64,000 nt of DNA from Octopus vulgaris (lineage: Eukaryota). The position numbers and the translations under genes were made by a program. The stretch is taken from positions 23,436,001 to 23,500,000 of the forward strand of contig OX597836.1 in the NCBI GenBank assembly GCA_951406725.2, written 5' to 3'. Each line of letters opens with the position of its first letter. Position 1 is the stretch's first letter. Positions 54,420 through 64,000 of this stretch are shown here, one piece after another. The notes under the pieces are model-generated. The model ran no database searches and was not told the origin of the DNA. It saw only the letters and a list, made by a program, of their open reading frames with translations.

Positions 54420-54656
54420 ATTTGTGTATTGTGATGGACTTCCCAACATGTGTGCAAGCTGGTTATTCTAAGACAATGGCTCCAAATCTTATGAATGATA
54501 ATGATTTAGAATCTATGAAACGTAGTTTTCAGACACATGCTGAACCAGTGCTGGCCAGGAAATGTTCCTCATTGACTGCTCATTACTTCTGTGGTTTATT
54601 ATTCCCCAAATGTGTAAAAGGCATTTCCAAATACTCCTGTAAAAGTACATGTTTAA
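54420..54656 (+). CDS. Exon A5: Frizzled CRD 5, N-terminal part
   Basis: DLCIVMDFPTCVQAGYSKTMAPNLMN...KCSSLTAHYFCGLLFPKCVKGISKYSCKSTCL; A|gtaagt donor. Confidence 0.92.
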
Positions 54657-55614
54657 GTAAGTATTCTATTCATGGACCTAATGCATTTTTTGTTTCATAA
54701 CAGAAAGCTAGTTCTGTAATGGCTTTTCATCAACAAATCTTGCCTCCCCGAAGCTTATGTCTGATTCAGAGTGGAATACTTTTCCCATATATGGGATGGT
54801 GATTTGCTTGCTGCACAAACATAAATTATCAGCCACATACAAAGAAAGGATGGTTTTCTATTGAGCAGTGGGACTGAACTTAGCACCAAGTGTTTGCAAA
54901 GCAAACCTCGTAGTCACATAGCCATACCTGCATCCATCTATCAAATTATCCATCCATTCGTCTACCTATACATGCCCTCCTCAAATACTTGCACCTTCCT
55001 TTCTCTCTCTCTCTCTCTTCCCCCATCCACTCCTGCAACCTACCCAATAACATGTCATCTCTCTTTTGTTCATCTTTCTCTTTACTGTATCATCATTTCT
55101 ATTCTTCTGCCCTCTGCATTAACAGACACCCCCTACTCCTCCATTCTCTCCTGTCCCTTGCACCCCCACTCATTCCTACAAACCTCGTATCTTGAAGGTT
55201 CACCCTGACATCTTATCACTACTGTTTTTCCCCCCAACCCCACCTCCTTGACGTTCTCTTTTAAAAGGTGAATGGTCATGTTGCTCCTCTACAACAAGAA
55301 ATCAGTTTTGTTCCAGCCATTTTTTTTTGTACCTTATCCTTTTCTAGTCCTTATTCTCCAAGCATAAAGTACTCCCTCCTCACTCAATGTTCATAGTCTT
55401 GGAAACTGCATGCCAACATGATCAGCGGTGGTGGTTGGTGCTAAGAAGGGCATCCAACCATAGAAACCATATCAAAGTAAATGTTGTCATAGGATGCAGT
55501 TCTTGGGCCCATCAGAACCTGGCAAACTGTTTAACCCATGCCAGTATGGAACACAGATGATAAGTAATGGTGACACACACACACACACATTTGATTTATA
55601 TATATTGTGTTTGA

Positions 55615-56597
55615 CTGCTGAGGACATGCGTAAACTTGCAAAGAAAGAAGCCAGTATGCTTCGCTGAATGTGTAATGTCAGTGTCCAAACATGACAGTGT
55701 AAGCGCCCTGACAGAAAAGTTGGATTTCAGAAGCATCAGATGTGGTGTTCAAGAGAGACGACTGTGCTGGTATGGCCATGTGTTGTGAATGAATGAGGAC
55801 AGCTGTGTGAGAAAGTGTCACACCCTAGCAGTTGAGGGAACTTGTGGAAAAGGTAGTTCCAGGAAAACCTGGGATGAGGTGGTGAAGCACAACCTTAGAA
55901 CATTGGGCGTTACTGAGGCAATGACTACTGACTGAGGCCTTTGGAGATATGCTGTGCTTGAGAAGACCCGACAAGACAAGTGAGACCATAGCCCATGGCC
56001 TATGCCAGCAGGTGTAACCAGCCCAATTATGAGTACCCTCATTCATTGGACAATGAAGTTTGCTTGCAAAGACCTATTGAGGCAAGTGTAAACAAATCAA
56101 AATCACTGACGTGGCCAATGACAGTACAACCTGATTGGCACTTGTGTCAGTGGAATGTTAAAAGTACATCTGAGGGTGATCGTTACCAGGGTCATGGATT
56201 GACTCCCATGCCAGTGACACATGAAAAGCAACATTCGAGCATGATCATTGCCAGCATCGCCTTACAGGCACATGTGCTGGTGGCACGTGAAAAACAACTT
56301 TCGAGTGTGGTCGTTGCCAATACCACCAGACTGGCTCTCATGCAGGTAGCACATAAAAAACACCTTTTGAGTGTGGTCGTTGCCAGAACCGCCTGACTGG
56401 CCCTCGTGCCAGTGGCACGTAAAGGCACCCACTACACTATCAGAATAGTTGGCGTTAGGAAGGGCATCCAGTTGGGGAAACTTTGCCAGATCAGATTGAG
56501 CTGGTGCAGCCTCTGGCTCACCAGTCCTCAGTCAAACGGTCCAACCCATGCCAGCCTGCAAAGCTGAGGTTAAATGATGATGATGATGATGATGATG
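55615..56597 (+). mobile_element. RTE-clade LINE 3' fragment with (TGA)n tail
   Basis: Decayed C-terminus SIRCGVQERRLCWYGHVL.MNEDSCVRKC...GKG..RKTWDEVV (RTE motif RRL.W.GHV.RM...GRP..TW); 3' UTR GGCGTTAGGAAGGGCATCCAG...(TGA)n. Tail fragments also at ~42670-42775, ~55430-55570 and ~57350-57500. Confidence 0.75.
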
Positions 56598-56885
56598 TAT
56601 GCATGAAATAAATGTGTGTGTGTGTGAGATCATCATTGTATGTATTGTATAAACAAATGCACAGGAAGGAGTCTTCCGTGATTGGTTTATATTCCCATGA
56701 CGTGGCAGTTCAGCTAAAAGAACTGATAAAATAAGTCCCAGAGTTAGCAGAAGAGAACAGTTCTGGGGTCAACTCGATTATTAACTAAATCCTTTGGGGG
56801 CAGTGTCCCAGTATTGTCGCAGTCGAATGACTAAAACAAGTAAAGGCAGAAAGGAATAAGTTTATACAAACAGACCCCTAATTTA

Positions 56886-57078
56886 GCACACACATAAGAG
56901 CACGCACGCACACGCACACACAGACACGCACGCAGACATGCATGCACGCACGCAGACACACACATACATGCACGTGTACGCACGCTCACGCACGCACACA
57001 CACACGCACGCACACACACACGCACGCACACACACACGCACACACACACGCACGCACACACACACGCACACACACACG

Positions 57079-57148
<70 letters not shown>
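56886..57148. repeat. (CA)n/(CACG)n microsatellite
   Basis: Seen directly. Confidence 0.95.
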
Positions 57149-57151
<3 letters not shown>

Positions 57152-58106
57152 ATGATTATCCTCAGCATTTTAACCTCTTAAAGCATCAAACTGTTACCGC
57201 AAAATTGTAGTTCAAGGGAGCTAACTTTTACTTTGTTAATTAAAAACGAAAATAAATGTCTATAATCTGACATCTTGCTTAGTCTTTACTTCTGTTGCCC
57301 TCTTAACATGTATGGGTTTTCTTTTTACTGAGGATCGGAAAAATGTTAACATCACCACCCCCTCCTTTAACGCTTTCTATCCAAGCTGGCATGGATTGGA
57401 CAGTTTGACCAGAGCTAGCAAGTTGGAGAGCTGCACCAGGTTCCAGTTTGATTTGGCTTGGTTTCTATGGCTGGATGCCCTTCCTAATGCCAACCACTTT
57501 AGAGAGAGTGTCAGGTGCTGCTTATGTAGCACTGACAAGGATGCTTTTTACATGGCACCAGCACAGGGCTCTTGGAGATCAATACTCTTCACCTGTGGAG
57601 GACAGGTCTTCTTGATTATGTATGTACTGATGATGATGATGATGATGGATGTATGTATGTATGTATGTATGTATGTATGTATGCGTGCTGGGTAGCATCT
57701 TTAAGGGTTTACTTCATTAAATTAACTCCAGTACTTACTTCAAACAGGGTATTTTATTCTCTTTTTGTTGAGCTGCTCAGTTATGGGGACGTATATATGT
57801 ACACACACACACACACTATTATTGTTTCATCTGTAAAAACATAAATTTCATCTACAACAATGACAATGTTATTTGAAAGGTAAACTGAAAGCAGGATTAT
57901 AAAAATAAAAGGATTTTCTTTAAAATTCCGTCGTTTTTTAAATATATATATTTTTTGTTTTGTTTAGTTCTGAAAACCAAAATTTAATATTTCTCAAAAT
58001 GGATAAATAAAGCTTGCATGATTATTTCTAAGTTTTGAAGTTGGAAAATCAGGAGGACATTTTGAAAACATTTAAAAAATATTTCTCACCTTTTTACTGT
58101 TTTTAG

Positions 58107-58196
58107 CCATACAAAAAGAATGTGGATCAAACTCAACTCTTATTTCTTGCGACAATTTAACTAATGACGAGGAATACTGTTTTCTGCCACCAAAAC
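58107..58196 (+). CDS. Exon B5: Frizzled CRD 5, C-terminal part
   Basis: tgtttttag| acceptor; TIQKECGSNSTLISCDNLTNDEEYCFLPPK; C|gtaagt donor. Confidence 0.88.
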
Positions 58197-58894
58197 GTAA
58201 GTTTATATATGAGTGTGTATTTTGTGATTATATGATTATCTTTCAAAATATACGTGGACAGCATATTTGCTTTTGATTTTGTTATAGTGTTAATTATGGT
58301 TAAAAACTTAGTCGTATTACTATTAAAATCATTAAACAGTAAGAGAAATGCTTTAATGGTTATTGTCTCACATAGTTTTACAAACTATTTAAGATGAGAT
58401 GGTATTCTTGTATTATTGAAAAATTTTAAAGGAATGTGATTGGCATTGAATATTTGTAGCAAAGTTTTTCTTTTCCCTCTAGATATCCAACTCTACTTTT
58501 GCATTCTAATATTCCCCACCCCCAACACTTGTGTCAAAAGGAGATTTGTTTATACAAAAAACCAAACAACAATTATGATGAAGAAACAAAACTGAGGTTG
58601 AAGAAGCAAACTGGCAAAAAAGGAAGAAAAATAAAACTAAATGATTTTTTTTTTAATATTAAAATTACATGCAAAGAAGATTGTTGTAATTAATTAACTT
58701 AGATTAACAATACTTTATCTGTAAAACATCTTGCTTTTTATACTTTATCAAAATATGTCAGAATTTTTAATATTCTAAAAGTATTTTAAGAAACTTTGTA
58801 TTTGTAAATAATAATGTTTTAAATCTAAAAGTCAAAACCTGCCAAAATGCAGAAAATCAGCTTGATGGCTTTCCCCTTTTTTTCTTTCCCCCAG

Positions 58895-59005
58895 CCTGTG
58901 ACAAAGAGTTTCATTATGAGTGTCCTGATGGTCAATGTATAAAGTCTTACGAGCGATGTGATGGGAAAGAACAGTGTAAAGATGGAAGCGATGAGCATAA
59001 CTGCA
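58895..59005 (+). CDS. Exon: LDL-receptor class A repeat 1
   Basis: [37 protein letters not shown] (6 Cys, DGSDE); A|gtaaga donor. Confidence 0.92.
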
Positions 59006-59544
59006 GTAAGAATCACAACTGATTTGTTTGTTTCTTTTATTATAAGTGGTCTGTTATGGTCACACGATGTAATATGTCTTTCTAGTGATAGGATATATTT
59101 AAATGCATACCCAATGGTGATAGCCAGCCATACATTCTGAACTACAAACACACAAACAAACACTCTTACATTAAACAATACATGCTTTGTAGTTGTAAGT
59201 GGGCAGGAAATTGGTAAATTTCTGCTAATTTTAATGATGCCTTACACCTTTTTTTAATTGTGATTCTGTACTTCTTCACTGACTTTGAGTTCTTCTATTG
59301 CTCTAGCTACACACCCTTTATTTTCATCCTACATTCTCACCGAGCAGTAAGAGCAGGAAGAAATGGCTTATCAGACCATCTGCTTACAGCTGGAGTGTTG
59401 CTTTTGTCAATAAGGCCATCACATTTACATTGCTTGTTGATATAACAGTGATTCTAAGAATAATAAAGATGATGAAAAATAATTTAGTACACATACATAC
59501 AAACCCATACACACAACCATACATACAACAACACACATGCACGT

Positions 59545-59574
<30 letters not shown>

Positions 59575-59577
<3 letters not shown>

Positions 59578-60102
59578 GTGACACTGGGGTGAAATATATA
59601 AAGCCCAGTATACCCATCATGACTGCCCTCTGGTAAGGGTACACTAGGCACATGCATCACAACCATATGTACATGACATAGTGATCTTATATCAAGATAA
59701 ACAGTGCATGACCTTGCAGGTGGGGCCCTGTTAAAATTTTCTTCAGGTTGAGTAGCCCATCCTGCTCAAAAATTCCCTGAATAAGGGTTGCTTAAGGATG
59801 CTGAACGAAACACCCATGTTTCCAAAGGTGAATTATCCAAACCCCAAATAATTCCTCTCAACACATGACTATGATGCTCCCCCACTACTTCTGCTCGTGA
59901 TCAGAGATGCATATATTGTCAGCCTCTAAGGGACATGCTCAAGTGGTTAAGGTCAAACAACTGACAAGCAAATCTGTGGTATTGAGCAGAATATTTGCTG
60001 TAGCCCATCTTTTATACCAATTCAAAATAATGTACGTGATAACACTTCCAATTAGTTAAGATCAGAAGCCATGAGAGCCACTGTCTGGTACTGCATCAGG
60101 GC

Positions 60103-60105
<3 letters not shown>
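59575..60105. repeat. Unclassified ~530-bp interspersed repeat, copy 2
   Basis: Matches 31798-32326. Confidence 0.75.
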
Positions 60106-60147
<42 letters not shown>

Positions 60148-60549
60148 CATTTTCATCATCATCATCATCATCGTTATTATTATTATTATTACCATCATCA
60201 TTATTATTATCATTATTATTATTATTATTATTTATATAATATTGTCGCCTCAAGACAGCCAATTTATGCTGTTACCAAATGGTTTCATACCAAGCATGGC
60301 AAAGTAAATATAGCACTCATCAGACATGACTGAATGGGAAAGTATAGCTGAGGGTGTTGGGGTGTTTGCTGCTGGAGACCTGCATACAATGAGTATAAAT
60401 ATTATATTGACATGATAACAAACTGTGATTGTGGTAACAGTGATGATGATGGTGATGACTTAGAATGACTGATGGTTAATAAATTGTAACATTACTCAAT
60501 ATAATGTTATAATGACTGATGGTTATAAAGATCATCAATAATAATTATT

Positions 60550-60755
60550 TGTACTACAGGCACAAGTCCTGAAATTTGGAGGAGGAGATAGTTGATTACA
60601 TTGACCCCAGTACATAACTGGTACTTAATTTATCAACCCTGAAATGATGAAAGGCAATGTTGACCTCAGTAGAATTTGAACTCAGAACCTTACAACAGAC
60701 GAAATACTGCTAAGCATTTCGCCTGGCATGCCAACAATTCTTCCAGTTCGCTGCC

Positions 60756-60757
<2 letters not shown>
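60550..60757 (-). mobile_element. SINE family A, CpG-decayed
   Basis: Similar to consensus. Confidence 0.75.
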
Positions 60758-60791
<34 letters not shown>

Positions 60792-61007
60792 TTGAGCAGT
60801 GGTAATGATAGAGTGTGGAATTACTCAGTAATGGTGGAAGTGGTGGTGATTGTAGTCAAGATGAATGTTAATGGTGGCCAGTGCAATCAGTAATAATAAC
60901 AGTGACTAAGACCAGTGGAAAAGGACATACTGAAAATGAGTAGAAATAACTGTGGTCAGGTTAGGGGTAATAATAATAGAAGAAGGACAATCGTTGCTGA
61001 TATATGT

Positions 61008-61220
61008 AGGCGGTGAGCTGGCAGAACCGTTAGCACGCCGGGCGAAATGCGTAGCCGTATTTCGTCTGCCGCTATGTTCTGAGTTCAAATTCCGCTGAGG
61101 TCGACTTTGCCTTTCATCCTTTCGGGGTCGATAAATTAAGTACCAGTTAAGCACTGGGGTCGATGTAATCGTCTTAATCCGTTTGTCTGTCCTTGTTTGT
61201 CCCCTCTATGTTTAGCTCTC
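61008..61220 (+). mobile_element. SINE family A
   Basis: Near-consensus copy. Confidence 0.85.
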
Positions 61221-61329
61221 TATATGTATAGGGATGGGGTAAACAGCTAGCAACAATGAAAATAGAGATGTGGTAACTAATGACAACAACAATGGAAGAT
61301 CCCTAATACATTTTATTTTGTCATTGCAG

Positions 61330-61437
61330 CTTGTTCCTATAATGATTTTGCCTGCTCAAACAAGAAATGTATCATGAAAGAATGGGTTTGTGATGGAGAA
61401 TCAGATTGTAGTGATGCATCAGACGAAGCCAATTGTT
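61330..61437 (+). CDS. Exon: LDL-receptor class A repeat 2
   Basis: [36 protein letters not shown]; cattgcag| acceptor, T|gtaagt donor. Confidence 0.92.
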
Positions 61438-61825
61438 GTAAGTCTTCTTTTTATCTTCTTTTCTAATGTGATATCTTTGTTCATCGTCATCCAGTGTTTT
61501 CAATCTGGATTTTAAGGTAGGCAGGTGCAGCCTACCCCAAACTTTGAGCAGGCTGATGCCCATTCTCACTTGCTATCATGAGGCTTTTTGGGAGCTGGAT
61601 TTTCTATGGGGACCATGCCCTTGCTTACTCCCAACCTCAGTTTCTAGACTTGAGTGTTTGATATTCGTTTGAGCAATCTATTGAATGGCTGAGTTCACCT
61701 AATGAGTTATGTTTCTTTAGGGAGTAAATACCGCAAAGAATTTACATCAGTGTACAGAAACAGGTATATACCCATCCACATATTCCTCTATGTGTGCGTG
61801 TGAATGTGTGTGTGTGTGTATTTAC

Positions 61826-61893
<68 letters not shown>

Positions 61894-62754
61894 GCGTCCT
61901 CATAGCTTCCAGCTACCAAATTTTATTCCTAAGCCATTAGGCAACCTGACCCTATGATAACAGGGTGTGGCAGAGTTAGATCAAATTTGGGTTCATGTGA
62001 ACTTCTTGGAGATGAAAGGAAAATAACCAAAAATACTAATTAGAAATAGAAATTCTTGCTCTTTTAAAACCAAATCTTGAAGGAAATCAGGAAAGGAAAT
62101 GACAGGTCTGCAGGGAGATGACACTTCCCTGCTTTTCAGCTCATGGGGAAAGGGTCATATGGAATCCAACCCTAATTTTAACCTGATGGCCCTTAGCCTC
62201 TCTCCCCACACTACTTTTTGAAACCCATTTCCAGTATTGAAGAAAATGTTGATTATCTTAATGACTTCTACAAATATAAATCAAGATTTTAGAGAAGAGG
62301 TGAAAGGAAGAATTTATAAACTTCTTACTTTTTGCAAAGTTATTAACAATCTCAGAGAAGTGATTAGATCTTCAAAGCTGGTCTCAAATTCACCTTCATA
62401 AGTACTTTCCTGCTTTGATCCTCTGATGTTATCAGTAACAATGATAACTCTTGCTTTCTACATCATGTTTATCTGCATTCACTCCTTAATCTTGCTATAG
62501 TTCTTGGAAGTAATTGCTAAAATACTTACATTGATAGGTAAACTTCATCTTATAAGAAACTCTATGCTTTTTTCTTAGAGAGATAGATAGATAGATAGAG
62601 AGAGATAAAAAAAAAGGTAAATTCCGAAAATGCAAATACTGAAAAGTCCTCAAAAACTGGTTATTTGTCAGGGCAGTGTTTTTGCTTTGCTTTTTTTTTA
62701 TTATTTATTCAACTATTATTCTTATTGTTTATTATTATTGTTGTTGCTTTTCAG

Positions 62755-62865
62755 TGAAGTGCAAGCCTGACCAATTTGTATGTGATGACTTCTCCTGTAT
62801 AAACAGTAGCCTGCGATGTGATGGGGTGATTCAGTGTCCTGATGGTTCTGACGAGCAGTCGTGTG
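62755..62865 (+). CDS. Exon: LDL-receptor class A repeat 3 (gene continues beyond window)
   Basis: [37 protein letters not shown]; G|gtaagt donor with no further exon found before the window end. Confidence 0.92.
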
Positions 62866-64000
62866 GTAAGTGCAACTACCTTCTTTTTTCTCCCTTTCTT
62901 TCTCCCTTTCTCTATTCATTCATCAATATTTCAGTTTTGCCCTTTGTCCTCCTTGTGGCAGTTTGGTTTAATTACTGGGAAAACCTCTTACAAGGCCTTC
63001 CTTTGGGAAATATCTCTCATAGTCTTCCCAACTCACTGTCAGTACTATTGCTGGCCGCACTGCATACACTAGATATATTTAATGTATGAAACTTTGCAGG
63101 AAGTGGGTATTGTAATATTTAGCCCCAGGGTAGCCATGATCAATAACACTTGTGGTCAAAAGCGTTCTCGCCATGTTCACCTGTCTTTTTCTTTTTAATT
63201 ATTCAGATATACTATAGGTAAATTTTCCTCTGAAAATTTACCGATTTGACTGCTATTTCTAGCAGTGTGAACAATTATGCAAAGGCTTTCTTGAAAGGCT
63301 CTGGAGTTGATTACCGTAGCAATTTACAATTGATCTTAGTGATTCGCTACCCTTTTCTACAATTGGTTGCTTACATCCAGGAAGCAGAGATTTTTAAATA
63401 AAAATTTGAAGCGTATACTCTTTATGGTGCCACTGGTTTATAAGTAACTGTTATAAAACATTCCAAGTTGAAAGCATTAATTCTGAGTTTTCATGGTCTA
63501 AACAGATGAAGCAAACAGAGTTATTTCTCTTGACTAATTTACAAGCTGTCGAGAAAAAGTCTTGGACTTTTCTCCTACTTGGAATTATAGTATAGCTGTT
63601 ACCTTTTAATATTTGGTTTATTCGGTGGAAAACAGTCAAGGTTTCAGATTTTAAAAGCACTCCACCTCTCTTTCTCTCTGTCTTTCTGTCTCTCTCACTC
63701 TCTCCCCCTCTCTCTCCTTCTCTCTCCCTCGCTCCCCCCCCCCCACAGAAGTAATGATAGCAAGGTTTGTTTAGTTGACCATGAGCAGGCATGGGTATCA
63801 AAGAGAAATACGGAATGGAGTAGGAAACGTTAACCAACAACGGTGGGGCTTAAGTCCCTTCAATAGACCAGTTGCTATTTTCTGTATGAAATTTGAGCTT
63901 TACTATATCTAATATCATTTGCTTTAACATCTTGGCAGTTATTTCATAATAATTATGGTGTATTGAACATGTATTAAAAAAAAAAAAAAGCTTAAATGTG

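Larger units (their letters stand above)
27082..62865 (+). other. Multi-exon gene, 3' incomplete: type II membrane protein TM-SEA-mucin-5x Frizzled CRD-LDLa x3+ (corin/TTSP-like architecture)
   Basis: 22 exons bounded by polypyrimidine-AG acceptors and GT donors, all phase-compatible, giving an uninterrupted ~1068-codon frame with recognisable SEA, FZ-CRD (10 Cys) and LDLa (6 Cys, DxSDE) motifs. Confidence 0.9.

Noticed and set aside
27082-62865. Assigning the gene symbol CORIN
   Set aside because: No protease or SRCR domain is visible in the window and the architecture differs, so orthology cannot be shown.

Overview
AT-rich, microsatellite- and SINE-dense eukaryotic DNA. The repeat families look like those of an Octopus (cephalopod) genome; this is inferred by recognition, not by a database search. 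About 1-22 kb is intergenic (SINEs, MITEs, a Helentron-type element, simple repeats). From ~27 kb to the window end the + strand carries one large spliced gene, which I reconstructed by hand as 22 in-frame GT-AG exons (3205 nt, ~1068 codons), plus a candidate first coding exon at 22272-22304. It encodes a type II membrane protein: cytoplasmic tail, TM helix, SEA domain (RPGSVII), Thr-rich mucin stalk, five compact Frizzled-type cysteine-rich domains separated by S/T linkers, and at least 3 LDL-receptor class A repeats. The gene continues past the window, so a corin-like protease domain is possible but not visible. CRD modules 1-3 show patchwork near-identity confined to exons and short flanks. 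Nearly all ORFs in the supplied track are microsatellite or SINE artefacts.
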